In this document: piece by piece, positions 1 to 9,545 of the stretch
Numbering within the stretch: the stretch's first letter is position 1
How the letters are laid out: each line of letters starts with the position of its first letter
NCBI GenBank assembly: GCA_030145325.1
Contig: JAQYVW010000002.1
Coordinates: 5,619 to 69,618, forward strand
Source: Desulfurivibrionaceae bacterium
GTDB taxonomy: Bacteria; Desulfobacterota; Desulfobulbia; Desulfobulbales; UBA5123
Length of the DNA: 64,000 bases
Direction: 5' to 3'
The notes under the pieces: model-generated
Seen by the model: the letters and a program-made list of their open reading frames with translations, nothing else
Told to the model about the DNA's origin: nothing
The model's database searches: none
Made by a program: the position numbers and the translations under genes

Positions 1-848
1 GTGCCCATGGTCAGCGCGGTGAGCAGGGTGCCGGTTTCGTCTACCTGTGGTGTGGGTTGGCAAGGAGCGGCGGTGGTGTCGATGATGATCATCTCTTCGC
101 CAAAGGCTGCGCCGTGGCCGATTTCGTTTCCTTCTTGATCAAGGGCCAGGGAATTGCCGTCAAAGAGCAGCGAATCCTGGCCACCGCTCTGGTTGACATA
201 GAGCAGCGGCACTTGGTACTTGCGGCAGATGTTCTCAAAGATGGTCTGCCGCAGCTTGGGCTTGCCCATCTGGAAGGGTGAGGCGGCGATGTTGATTAGT
301 AGTTCCGGGCGTCCTGCCGGGTCGGCGAAGAGGTCGGCGATGGGGTCGCAACCGTAGAGCCTGCGAGGGAAGAAGAGGTCCGGGTCGTTCCAGAGGTCTT
401 CGCAGATGGTGATCCCCAACCGCAGGCCGCGGAAGGGAAAAGTTGTGCTTTCCCGGGCCGGTTCGAAGTAGCGGGATTCGTCAAAAACATCGTAGGTGGG
501 CAGCAGCCGCTTGTGGGCGGTGAAGAGGATCTCCCCGTCGGCAAAAAGAATGGCGCTGTTGTGGAGCGGCTTGCCGGTGGCGAGGTCACGGTGCGGGGTG
601 ATCGCCCCGCATATCACCCCGATGCCTCGGGTGGTGGTGGTCAACTCTGCCAAGGCGCGTTGATGGTCGGCCAAAAAGGCAGGTCGTTCCAGCAGATCCA
701 GGGGCGGATAGCCGCTGAGCGCCAGTTCCGGCAGGATGGCGAGTTCGCAGCCCGCAACACGGGCCTCTTCGATGCGGGCGGCGATTGTCGCCTGGTTGCG
801 GGCGAAGTCACCGATGATCGGGTTGGTTTGGATGAGGGCGATCTTCAT
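1..848 (-). CDS. nadE: Glutamine-dependent NAD+ synthetase, N-terminal C-N hydrolase (glutaminase) domain; the 3' part lies beyond the window start
   Basis: Absent from the ORF track because it runs off the window edge. The reverse complement from the ATG at 846-848 reads MKIALIQTNPIIGDFARNQATIAARIEEARVAGCELAILPELALSGYPPLDLL...GITICEDLWN...LLYVNQSGGQDSLLFDG. This is the typical N-terminal nitrilase-like domain of NadE. The plus-strand ORFs at 57-921 are antisense shadows. Confidence 0.7.
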   Translation of the reverse strand, partial: MKIALIQTNPIIGDFARNQATIAARIEEARVAGCELAILPELALSGYPPLDLLERPAFLADHQRALAELTTTTRGIGVICGAITPHRDLATGKPLHNSAILFADGEILFTAHKRLLPTYDVFDESRYFEPARESTTFPFRGLRLGITICEDLWNDPDLFFPRRLYGCDPIADLFADPAGRPELLINIAASPFQMGKPKLRQTIFENICRKYQVPLLYVNQSGGQDSLLFDGNSLALDQEGNEIGHGAAFGEEMIIIDTTAAPCQPTPQVDETGTLLTALTMG

Positions 849-1251
849 GGTTACTGACGGAAAAGCTCCGGGCTTACAGGTTGGCGGTTTGCTTTCTTTT
901 CAAGCGAGCCATCATATATAGCATACTCGTCTTTGCTTGGGGACGGAAAAAGAGGCGGGATGTGATGTGGTGTCAAAGGTTGTGTTGATAATCCCGTTCA
1001 TCCGTATGAATTCTTAAATTGACGACCTGTCGTGATTACAATGGGGAATTGCTCATGTTTTTTAGCATCGCTTTAAGGGAGTAGCAATTTTACAGAATGC
1101 ATCTATAGGCAAGGAGGGAGGTTTCTAAGGCTACTCGTAGGCATTTGTAGGTGAGGACTTAGGTTGTGGTAGGGTCATTCTCTTTGTCGAATACGTGGGG
1201 TGCCGCATGGATGGCGGGAGGTTTTGTTGGTATAGTTTCCTAACTAGTAAT

Positions 1252-1267
1252 TGGCCTGCCAGGTGCT
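1252..1267 (+). promoter_or_regulatory. Possible sigma-54 (-24/-12) promoter upstream of the FG-GAP gene
   Basis: TGGCCTGCCAGGTGCT has GG at 1253-1254 and GC at 1265-1266, with the canonical 10-nt spacing of TGGCAC-N5-TTGCW. It lies about 45 nt upstream of the GTG start at 1313. Only the invariant dinucleotides and part of the flanks match. Confidence 0.25.
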
Positions 1268-1312
1268 GTCATCGTTTGATTTTAATAATTGCCGAAATGA
1301 TCGGAGGTAAAA

Positions 1313-4300
1313 GTGAAATTCTCTGTGCGAAAAAATTTCTTCCGTCTTTTGTTGGGTCTGTCGTTGGTGTTGTTGCATGGTCCGGCAGGATGGGCCGCCA
1401 CCGTGGATTTCGCGGCTTTGTCTCCGGCCGAAACAAAGTTGCCGATGGGAGAAATGCGGCAAATTACATTCTCGGCCACTAATGACAAGGCGGTGAGCCT
1501 GAAAAAATACAATGTCAAGTTGCAGTTCGATGCCGGACTCGACCTCACTAACCTTACAACTACCCCCGTTGCCGATACGGCTAAAATCAACTCTAAAAAC
1601 GGAAGTATTGTTTTACTGTGGCAAGAAATCCCGGCCGGGACGGAAATGAAGGCATCCTTCGACGTTTCCTGCACAACCGTCGGCGATTACACCATTTCAG
1701 CCCGTGTCCTCAAATATGTTGACGCCGACCGTAATAGAGCTGCCGGAAGTTGTAACACCGCCACGGTGATTGCGAGAACCGATTTTATCCCGCCGGCGGC
1801 CCCCAAGGGTATTGTCACACGATCGGAAGGGGCTGGTGGCAAGGTTTCCTGGCTCCCTCCTGATGACGCTGATCTCAGCCATTATAAGGTATACAGGCGA
1901 TCAGCGATGACCAGTTATAATGAAACGGATTTTTTCGAGACAGTGCTGCCATCCTATACCGATCTTACCTTACCCGGTGGAGAAACTTACTTTTATGCAG
2001 TTCGGGCCGTTGATTCTTCCGGAAACGAAAGTTTATTGTCCGATGAGAGTGCCTGTGCGCATGTCTTCAAGGTGTTGCGAGAATACGACCTGGGCGTCTC
2101 CGAAGTGTCGCCGCAGCAATCGGCAATTGGTGATCTCAACGGTGATGGGAAAACAGATTTGGTGGTGAGTTTTGCCGGCAAGTATGCAAAGAATAGCCGC
2201 GATCAGATCAACAACAGAGTGGATATATTTTGGGGTGGCAATATTTCTTCCTCGCCGGATGTTACCCTCGTTCCATATGTAATGGCTGTTCCCACATCTA
2301 GTTATCAGCAATACGGTTTTGCGCCATTGCTTATAGATCTTAATAGTGACGGATACGATGATCTCCTTGTCATGAACGCCAAGGCCAATGAGGTGTATGT
2401 GTATGAGGGAGGGCCGTCATTCAGCACGACCCCTCTTTTTACCATAGTCGGTGACAATTGGAGCACCGATTCTTATGGGCTTCCTCCTTCTATTGCTGAT
2501 GCCGGCGATGTAAACGGTGACGGCTTTCGGGATGTGGTGATGGGGTTCCCCAATTGGGATCAGAGCCATGATGGCGGTACCGCTTCCAGTTATCACATTG
2601 GGAAAATAATATTCCTTTTTGGTGGCCCCGAAATTATCAATAATACCCTCTCTATTAAGGGTCCTCTCGCTCTCAAGGGCGCATATACCGGCACATCCGT
2701 CGCCGGAGCAGGGGATGTCAACGGAGACGGTTTTGATGATGTCATCGTCGGCGCTCCGAAGAAGATAGATGAAATCAACGTCACCCGTAAAAGAATATCC
2801 TATGCCGCATTGTTTTTGGGCGGTCCCGTCATCACTAAGGCCGCATCCGTTTTCACCGGTGAATACCGTTTGTTCGGGAGGGCGGTCGCGGCAGCGGATT
2901 ATGATGGAGACGGTTTTTCCGATGTTGCTGTTGCCGGCGACGTACTTAATATGTATTTCGGCGGGCCCCAGTGGGATAACGTCGAGGACGAAGTGTTTGG
3001 CATTTCTACTAATACCGTGGAAGAAGTCGGCGACCTCAACCTGGACGGTTTTGAAGACTTGCTCTATAAATCTAAGATTCATTTCGGCAGCAATGATGAT
3101 GGCGTAACCCTGTTTGATATTGGCGGTTATCCGATCGGGACTGGGGATTTCGACAAGGACGGCCGGAAAGACTTTGTGATGGCCGGTATGGATGCAACTG
3201 GTGGGGAAAGGCTTACCATCTACTCGTTAGCAACAGTTGCCCACGAGCCTCTTATAAAGTTTGTAAGCCCTCGCAATGCTTTCGAAACTGTTTATACCGA
3301 CACCTTCCTGGCGAGAGGTCAGGTGCTTGATGCAACAGCTGTACTTACCATCGACGGGCAAACGCTACCGTTACTGGCCGACGGTTCTTTTGAGTATCAA
3401 CTCGAGCTTGCCGAGGGCGCCAATGTGGTTTTGCTCGAAGCGCGCAACTCCACTGGTCATGTGGTCACTCGGACAGTGAGTGTCAACCGTTTCGTTCCCT
3501 CGCCGTTGGCATTACAGATCACCGTGCCGGTAGCAGGCGATGTCATCAATGCGTCCTCCGTCACCGTGACCGGAACGATCAGCGACAAGAGCGCGTCTGT
3601 GGTCGTGAATGACGTGGTAGCCTCCAAAATAATTGGTACGGACGCCGTAACCTTTTATGCAACCGTGCCATTGGTCGACGGCGAAAACACCATTACCGCC
3701 ACGGCCACCGACCAATATGGCCAGACCGCCAGGCAGTCCGTCGTTGTCACGGCGAACTCCACCGGCAAGGTAAGCGGTACGGTCTCTGATGCCGATACCG
3801 GTGTTCCGCTTGCGGGGGCTTCTGTTACAGTAACGGATTCAAATCAAAATACCTTCACCGCCAGTACGGATGTCGGTGGCGGGTATCTTGTCGAGGGCGT
3901 GGCTGAGGGTACATGCACGGTCGTTTTTGCAAAAAACGGTTATGTAACCGTTTCTGGAGCGGGAATGGTGAGTATCGGGGCGACTACCACCATCGACGGC
4001 CACTTGACGTTATTGCCGCCCTTGTCGGTGGCAATAACGAGTCCGGCTGACGGCGTGGTTTTGCGGGAAAGCCCTCTCGCTGTCACCGGTACGGTCAGTG
4101 GCACGGCGGCAACCGTTTCGGTGAACGGTGTTTCGGTATTGGTTGCCGGTAATTTGTTTCAGGCCAGTGTCGCTTTGTCTCCCGGCGGAAATACCATCAC
4201 AGCGATAGCTGTTGATGGATACGGCCAGCAGCAGACTGTCTCCGTCGTTGTAACTTATGCCGTGGGCGGCACCGTTTCCGGCACGATAACCGATCAATTG

Positions 4301-5632
4301 ACCGCTGAGCCTCTTGAAGGGGCCGTCGTAACTGTTACCGATTCTCTCGGTGTTACCTTCTCGGCGCAAACCGATGCCGCAGGAACATTCCTTGTCTCTG
4401 GCGTCGCCGAAGGCCCCTTTGAGTGCGTGGTTGCCAAGGTTGGTTATTATTCGGCAACCCTCACTGACATCGCTGTTGCCGAAGGGGTCGTCACCGTCAA
4501 CATCGCTCTGGCTCCCCTTCCGCCGGTGATCAGCAACATCGCTGTAAACAGCGTCAACGGCAATTCGGCGGTCATCACCTGGCAGACTGACCGGCCAACC
4601 GACAGCACGGTGGAATACGGGGTTTCTATGGATTACGATCTTGCCGTCACTTCCCCCGATTCTACGACAAGCCACCAGGTAGTTCTTTCCGGGCTTCTTT
4701 CGGGAACCGTCTATCATTTTCGGGTCGCGGCAGCCGATGGCCTGGGCACCATCTCCTATTCCGATGACGGCACCTTCGAAACCTGGACTCTTTTCAACAT
4801 CAGAATCGACTCGCCGACCGCAAACGCAATCATCGGCTGCCCGAGCGTCATGGTTCGAGGCTGGTTCTCTACGGCCGTTGAGGGGGGAGCGGTGGTGACG
4901 GTAAACGGTATTCCCGCCATGGTGGACGGTGGTCGATTTGCCGCCAACCATGTGCCGCTTGCCGAAGGTGATAACCTTGTTACCGTGATTGTCAGCGATG
5001 CCGAAGGCAATCAAGGGCAGGCCTCTGTTTCCGTTTCTTCGCAGATCGACAACGGTTATCTCTTGCTCCATACCGACGCGGAGGTCGATATGCCGCCGTT
5101 TTCCACCCACATGCAGGTTGAGGAGACGGACTTTGTCTTTACCGGGCAAATCCAGTTGACCGCCATGGGGGCAGGACTCGTTGATATCGTCGGCACCGAT
5201 GAGCAGGGCTTTGATGTCGACATGAGCGTGCCCGGCTTCTATTATTTCACAGCCGAGGGCCGTGATGAAGCAAGAAACGTCATCACCGACACCATCGCCG
5301 TGTTGGTGGTAGACCCGATCGCCCTGGATAACGAGTTGTTGGTCAAGTGGAACGGGATGAAGGATGCCCTCCGCGCCGGCGATAATGAAACCGCCGCCTC
5401 CTTTTTCTCGGAGAGGACACAGGGGGCCTACCTTGAGCGTTTCATCGCTTTTGCCTCGGTGGTCGATCAGGTTCTGGCCGAGCTTGATAACGCTACGCTT
5501 GTTTTAGAGGATCTGTGGGGCGGCAAGTACGCCATTTACGATTTGCGCGTCACTCGGGAAGGACATGAGCAGTCGTATCAGCTTACATTTGTCAAGGGCG
5601 ATGACAATGTCTGGCAGATCGACCGCTATTAA
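1313..5632 (+). CDS. Large secreted FG-GAP/VCBS-repeat protein with Ig-like, carboxypeptidase-regulatory-like and FN3-like modules (1439 aa)
   Basis: GTG start preceded by GGAGG at 1303-1307, with signal peptide MKFSVRKNFFRLLLGLSLVLLHGPAGWA. There are seven integrin-alpha-type Ca-binding loops: GDLNGDGKTDLVV, DLNSDGYDDLLV, GDVNGDGFRDVVMG, GDVNGDGFDDVIVGAP, ADYDGDGFSDVAVAG, GDLNLDGFEDLL and GDFDKDGRKDFVMAG. An Ig plus CarboxypepD_reg-like module is duplicated (GKVSGTVSDADTGVPLAGASVTVTD and GGTVSGTITDQLTAEPLEGAVVTVTD). An FN3-like stretch is present (AVITWQTDRPTDSTVEYG...VYHFRV). Confidence 0.85.
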   Translation: MKFSVRKNFFRLLLGLSLVLLHGPAGWAATVDFAALSPAETKLPMGEMRQITFSATNDKAVSLKKYNVKLQFDAGLDLTNLTTTPVADTAKINSKNGSIVLLWQEIPAGTEMKASFDVSCTTVGDYTISARVLKYVDADRNRAAGSCNTATVIARTDFIPPAAPKGIVTRSEGAGGKVSWLPPDDADLSHYKVYRRSAMTSYNETDFFETVLPSYTDLTLPGGETYFYAVRAVDSSGNESLLSDESACAHVFKVLREYDLGVSEVSPQQSAIGDLNGDGKTDLVVSFAGKYAKNSRDQINNRVDIFWGGNISSSPDVTLVPYVMAVPTSSYQQYGFAPLLIDLNSDGYDDLLVMNAKANEVYVYEGGPSFSTTPLFTIVGDNWSTDSYGLPPSIADAGDVNGDGFRDVVMGFPNWDQSHDGGTASSYHIGKIIFLFGGPEIINNTLSIKGPLALKGAYTGTSVAGAGDVNGDGFDDVIVGAPKKIDEINVTRKRISYAALFLGGPVITKAASVFTGEYRLFGRAVAAADYDGDGFSDVAVAGDVLNMYFGGPQWDNVEDEVFGISTNTVEEVGDLNLDGFEDLLYKSKIHFGSNDDGVTLFDIGGYPIGTGDFDKDGRKDFVMAGMDATGGERLTIYSLATVAHEPLIKFVSPRNAFETVYTDTFLARGQVLDATAVLTIDGQTLPLLADGSFEYQLELAEGANVVLLEARNSTGHVVTRTVSVNRFVPSPLALQITVPVAGDVINASSVTVTGTISDKSASVVVNDVVASKIIGTDAVTFYATVPLVDGENTITATATDQYGQTARQSVVVTANSTGKVSGTVSDADTGVPLAGASVTVTDSNQNTFTASTDVGGGYLVEGVAEGTCTVVFAKNGYVTVSGAGMVSIGATTTIDGHLTLLPPLSVAITSPADGVVLRESPLAVTGTVSGTAATVSVNGVSVLVAGNLFQASVALSPGGNTITAIAVDGYGQQQTVSVVVTYAVGGTVSGTITDQLTAEPLEGAVVTVTDSLGVTFSAQTDAAGTFLVSGVAEGPFECVVAKVGYYSATLTDIAVAEGVVTVNIALAPLPPVISNIAVNSVNGNSAVITWQTDRPTDSTVEYGVSMDYDLAVTSPDSTTSHQVVLSGLLSGTVYHFRVAAADGLGTISYSDDGTFETWTLFNIRIDSPTANAIIGCPSVMVRGWFSTAVEGGAVVTVNGIPAMVDGGRFAANHVPLAEGDNLVTVIVSDAEGNQGQASVSVSSQIDNGYLLLHTDAEVDMPPFSTHMQVEETDFVFTGQIQLTAMGAGLVDIVGTDEQGFDVDMSVPGFYYFTAEGRDEARNVITDTIAVLVVDPIALDNELLVKWNGMKDALRAGDNETAASFFSERTQGAYLERFIAFASVVDQVLAELDNATLVLEDLWGGKYAIYDLRVTREGHEQSYQLTFVKGDDNVWQIDRY

Positions 5633-5654
5633 TAAATTTTATTAGAGCATTGCG

Positions 5655-6332
5655 ATGACAGCGCTAGAGGAAAATTCAAAGTTGCCCTATTTGCATAAAG
5701 TCGTCCTGTGGCTCAAGGAGCGGCGACCACGATTCTGGTGGTTGCTTGTTCTGGTGCTTTTGATCCAGTCTCAATGCTGCATGGGTATCACCCCCTTTGG
5801 GCCATATCGAGGCAGGGTGGTGGAGAGGGAAACCGACAAACCCATCCCAGGGGCGGTGGTCTTTGTGGAATTTAATACATTGTTCCCCACCGTGGCTGGT
5901 CCTAATGCAGATTTTGCCGATGCGGTGGAAACCCTGACCGACGAGAAAGGGGAATTCTATATTCCTGTGCAGTGGGTCTTTGTTTTCCGGCCCCTCAGCC
6001 ACTGGGGTTCCTCCTCTGCCCAGGTGTATAAGCCTGGGTACGGGGGCTTCCCGAGGCATAGTCTCAGTATTAGGCAGAGCCGATGGGGTGAGTGGGATCC
6101 TGAGTCTGAAAAAAAATGCTCTTTTGGGGAATGTGATCTGCCACCAATCACGCATGCGACTATCCGGTTGCCACGGTTGCTGACCAAGGAGGAGCGAGAA
6201 GGTAATTGGCCAAGAACCACGGGTATTCCGTTTGACAAGAGACGTCTGTTGTCTGAGGCGGAGAAAGTTGGAGACGAATTCCGTTGGTTTTCTCCAAAGG
6301 AGAATCCGAAGAAATACGAGGAGGGTGATTGA
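5655..6332 (+). CDS. Membrane-anchored protein with a carboxypeptidase-regulatory-like beta-sandwich; paralog of 8537-9184
   Basis: N-terminal hydrophobic helix RFWWLLVLVLLIQS followed by YRGRVVERETDKPIPGAVVFVEF...ADAVETLTDEKGEFYIP. It aligns along its length with the ORF at 8537-9184. The exact start is uncertain. Confidence 0.6.
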   Translation: MTALEENSKLPYLHKVVLWLKERRPRFWWLLVLVLLIQSQCCMGITPFGPYRGRVVERETDKPIPGAVVFVEFNTLFPTVAGPNADFADAVETLTDEKGEFYIPVQWVFVFRPLSHWGSSSAQVYKPGYGGFPRHSLSIRQSRWGEWDPESEKKCSFGECDLPPITHATIRLPRLLTKEEREGNWPRTTGIPFDKRRLLSEAEKVGDEFRWFSPKENPKKYEEGD

Positions 6333-6333
6333 T

Positions 6334-8424
6334 ATGAACAGAAATCTTGTGGTGTTCTCCGCTGTGTCGGTATGTCTGGCACTGTCGTCTGTTTCGGCTT
6401 CGGCCTATGAGAAGAAAAAGGTTCATCCCGAGATTAACGAACAGGCGATCACGCAGTCAGTAGCATTGGAAGAATTCTGGGGCGTGCAATTGGGCTTTCC
6501 TTTAGGTGTTAAACAACCCATCAACGGCAAAAAAGTATTCGAATGGTTCAAAGACGGCGGCACCGATGAGGATGCAAAACTCCCGCATCCTCGTTTTCTG
6601 CACCATTTCCATGATCCGTTGCAGGATTGGGGCCAGTCCGGGGCCAGTCATTACCTGTCCTTACCTTTGTGGGCTCAATCATACCCTGGAATTTACCAGA
6701 AGAACTCCTGGCAGCATGCCCGGGATTATTACTACCGGGCGTTGACCGGCGACTGGACCGAAAGCACTCCCGGCACTCGAAATTTCTCGGAGCAGATGTT
6801 TGCCGAAACATTCCGTAGCGTTGGTATGCTTATGCATCTTGTTGCCGACGCTTCGGTGCCGGCCCATGTCCGCAATGATCTTCATCCCGTATTTGACTCG
6901 TATGAACTGTATACGGAAAAACACTTGAAAGTTCTTAAAAGTAATCAGATGTTCATTGCTGCCGATCTGAGTCCGACAATATTTGACAACCCGGCCGGTA
7001 ATTCCTTCGCCTCGACGATGCTTCCCATTTCCGCACTCTGGGATCGAGATCAATATGACGGCTCCAATCCAGGGATAACCGCCACCGATGCTATTATCGG
7101 CCTTGCCGAATACACCAACGCCAATTTTTATAGTGATGAGAGCGTGGAGGCCACGGAAGCACAGCCTTATCCAAATGAAAATTGTGTCGAGGGTGAGTGG
7201 GTCGGGCAACGTAAATACTACCGAAAGAGTGAGGGTTGCGGAGAGTCCGGGTACCTGTTGGTGGCGGAGAACTATTATTCCTTTTGGGGGGGATTGTCGG
7301 GAGTAGAGACTAACTCGTCCATCTCCGTTCTGGATCCGCTCGTCCTCAATGGCTATGCCTCACTTCTTGTTCCCAAGGCGGTAACCTATGCCAAGGGACT
7401 GGCGGAATACTTCTTTCGGGGCAAGTTGGCCCTGCGGTCAAGCGTAGCTGATGGTGGAGACAGATATTCCATTTACAACCTTTCAGATGAAGAGATGTCC
7501 GGTGACTTCAGCCTGTATTATGACGATACCTCCGGCAATCGCCATCTCTTCTCTACCTTAGACAATATGACGATTGCGGCGGGCGAAGGGGTGGGATTGC
7601 AAGACTTGCCATCTCCTCCCCGTGATGCATCGGATGTAGGAGAGTATATCCTTGCCTTCAGGGGCACTTTGGGCAGCGAAACCGATGCGGTAGCCGGGGC
7701 GGTGGTGAAATTGGGTCTGCTCGAAGGGTGGGGCAATGACATAAAAGGAAACTACCCTTGGTTGTTGGCGGATACCGACATTGTCGGTTGGAATGTTGTC
7801 GACGCAAATGGTCTTGAATTCGGAGATGAGCAGGTTTCGGTTGTTGACGGTCGGTTGATCATGGAAAACTCCAGGTATGCCAACAAGGTTGACTATCATG
7901 CAAATGCGGTTGTATTGATGGATGCGGAATATGACGGTCAAAACTACTGTGCGCATATGGCCTACGACATGGAATACTGTTCTGAAAGCGATTTCGGAAT
8001 AAATCTTCCGCGCACAGTTGACGAAAACAGTTGGATCACGGTCAAGGTGGATGAGATGACCAGCGTTGTCGGAGAGGTCGACCAAGACTGTCCTTGGTAC
8101 ATAGGCGGGGACGCTGGCGAGCAAGGTGTTATATTTTACTTCGATGACGGAACCAATCAGGCAAGTTTGGCAGTAACACTCCCCGGTCAGCACCCAAGAA
8201 GTAGTTGGCCTGTGGACCTCCAACGGAATGGTGATGGAACATTGAATGAAATTACCTTTAATATCTTTGATGCCTTTTTTGAGAACAGCGGTGTAAGGCC
8301 GGGCAGGCCGATTAAATTGACCAAGATTGAAATACGACAAGATCTTATGCTTTTGTGCCGATCTGTATCCTTTTCGCAGCAGCAGCGGATGGTGGTGGAC
8401 TCTTTGATGGTTGAGCAGCGTTAA
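6334..8424 (+). CDS. Secreted protein with an N-terminal zinc-dependent phospholipase C / P1-nuclease-like motif set and a C-terminal region of unknown function
   Basis: The internal ATG at 6334 is in frame with track ORF 6232 and gives signal peptide MNRNLVVFSAVSVCLALSSVSASA. The motifs HPEINEQAI, FLHHFHDP and LMHLVADASVPAHVRND resemble the H-x-x-x-D-x-x-x-P-x-H metal-ligand pattern of Zn-PLC family proteins. Assignment rests on motif recall only. Confidence 0.5.
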   Translation: MNRNLVVFSAVSVCLALSSVSASAYEKKKVHPEINEQAITQSVALEEFWGVQLGFPLGVKQPINGKKVFEWFKDGGTDEDAKLPHPRFLHHFHDPLQDWGQSGASHYLSLPLWAQSYPGIYQKNSWQHARDYYYRALTGDWTESTPGTRNFSEQMFAETFRSVGMLMHLVADASVPAHVRNDLHPVFDSYELYTEKHLKVLKSNQMFIAADLSPTIFDNPAGNSFASTMLPISALWDRDQYDGSNPGITATDAIIGLAEYTNANFYSDESVEATEAQPYPNENCVEGEWVGQRKYYRKSEGCGESGYLLVAENYYSFWGGLSGVETNSSISVLDPLVLNGYASLLVPKAVTYAKGLAEYFFRGKLALRSSVADGGDRYSIYNLSDEEMSGDFSLYYDDTSGNRHLFSTLDNMTIAAGEGVGLQDLPSPPRDASDVGEYILAFRGTLGSETDAVAGAVVKLGLLEGWGNDIKGNYPWLLADTDIVGWNVVDANGLEFGDEQVSVVDGRLIMENSRYANKVDYHANAVVLMDAEYDGQNYCAHMAYDMEYCSESDFGINLPRTVDENSWITVKVDEMTSVVGEVDQDCPWYIGGDAGEQGVIFYFDDGTNQASLAVTLPGQHPRSSWPVDLQRNGDGTLNEITFNIFDAFFENSGVRPGRPIKLTKIEIRQDLMLLCRSVSFSQQQRMVVDSLMVEQR

Positions 8425-8536
8425 TGGCCACCGTCAAGAGAGGTTGTAAATATTTTCTTGAGGGGCAGAAGAAAATTCTCGGCCCTATGTAACAGATCGA
8501 ATCTTGTATGCACGTCTTGAAAGAAGAGGGGAATTC

Positions 8537-9184
8537 ATGTCGTCGCGCTTTTTCGTAAAACACCGCTGGCTTGCCATTCTGGCCGGGTTGATCATGGCCA
8601 AGGTGTTGATTTTTCATGGTTATGGTCCTTATTACGGTAAGGTGGTGGAGGCGAAGAGTGGCAAGCCCGTTGCCGACGCCGTGGTGCTGTTTCGCTACAA
8701 CACTCTGACCCTCGGTCTTGGTCAGGGCTATCATCAATATGCTGATGCCGTCGAGGTTTTGAGTGATGAGAAGGGGATATTCTACATCCCTCGCCGCTGG
8801 GTTGCGCCCCTGCGCATCTTCCATCTTCCGGCTCCAGTTCGGGTCCGGATTTTCAGGCCGGGTTTCGGCCTGTTCCCCATCCATGAACAAAGCGATCACA
8901 GGTTTGGTCCTTTCGGGTCTCTTCCTGAAGACCAGGAGGTGACCGTTAAGTTGCCCAGGTTAAAAACCATGGGGGAGCGTTGGCAGAACCTGGACGATAC
9001 TCTGGTCGAGATCCCGCCGGAGAAGAGAAGGCTATATAATTACATTCTGAAAGAAGAGGTGAAGGCACTAGATAAGCTGGCTTTCGATAAGCTCCCTGGG
9101 TTGGTTGAAGTCCCGCCTCCGCCTGGATTGAGCAAGGAACAGTTGGAAAAATTACGCCGTATCCCAGGGGGGCACTGGCGCTGA
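8537..9184 (+). CDS. Membrane-anchored carboxypeptidase-regulatory-like protein; paralog of 5655-6332
   Basis: The ATG at 8537 (MSSRFFVKHRWLAILAGLIMAKVLIF) is preceded by a GAGGGG-type RBS; the track ORF starts at an upstream TTG. YYGKVVEAKSGKPVADAVVLFRYNTL...ADAVEVLSDEKGIFYIPRRW matches the 5655 protein. Confidence 0.6.
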   Translation: MSSRFFVKHRWLAILAGLIMAKVLIFHGYGPYYGKVVEAKSGKPVADAVVLFRYNTLTLGLGQGYHQYADAVEVLSDEKGIFYIPRRWVAPLRIFHLPAPVRVRIFRPGFGLFPIHEQSDHRFGPFGSLPEDQEVTVKLPRLKTMGERWQNLDDTLVEIPPEKRRLYNYILKEEVKALDKLAFDKLPGLVEVPPPPGLSKEQLEKLRRIPGGHWR

Positions 9185-9545
9185 TCTCCCTCTTTTGACG
9201 GTTCCCCACCCCTCTGTCCGTAACTCTGTTGCTGCGGTGATCCCTTTTTTCGCGCCTTCCCGGCAAGGATCGTCGCGTTCCCTTTCCCGTGTACCAGTCC
9301 GCGAAACGTCACTATTTTTATCTCCAGCGAGATGGTATTTGCAATCCCGTTCGCCGTGCGATACACTTCCAAACGCTTTGGTGCCGGGATATTATCCCAA
9401 AGTGGCCATTGTGCTGAAGAAGTGAGAGGAGATCTGTCTTCCTTTCGATAAGCGACTGCCGTTCGGTCCGTGGGTCGGCTCGTCTTTGCTGTTAACTATT
9501 TTCCCCGGTCGATGATTTTTGCAAGCGGTCGGGACGGAGTGACTC

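Noticed and set aside
57-921. Plus-strand ORFs (57-281, 513-857, 736-921) at the window start
   Set aside because: They lie antisense to a much better minus-strand reading frame: the nadE C-N hydrolase domain, with clear family motifs and an ATG at 846-848. Their translations are low-complexity Gly/Arg/Ala-rich shadows.
4010-5149. 379-aa minus-strand ORF, with similar long antisense ORFs at 2417-3082, 7558-8340, 19008-19808, 39218-40123, 44566-45141, 48262-49044 and 54462-55208
   Set aside because: All are fully embedded antisense in genes with strong domain evidence. Their products are Arg/Gly/His-rich with no motifs, which is typical of stop-poor antisense frames in GC-rich coding DNA.
9185-9545. 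360-bp non-coding gap upstream of the phoH-like gene, inspected for tRNA, 6S RNA, riboswitch or sRNA
   Set aside because: I could not recognise any cloverleaf, conserved riboswitch core or convincing terminator hairpin. The short ORFs in the gap have no RBS or motif support. It is left unannotated.
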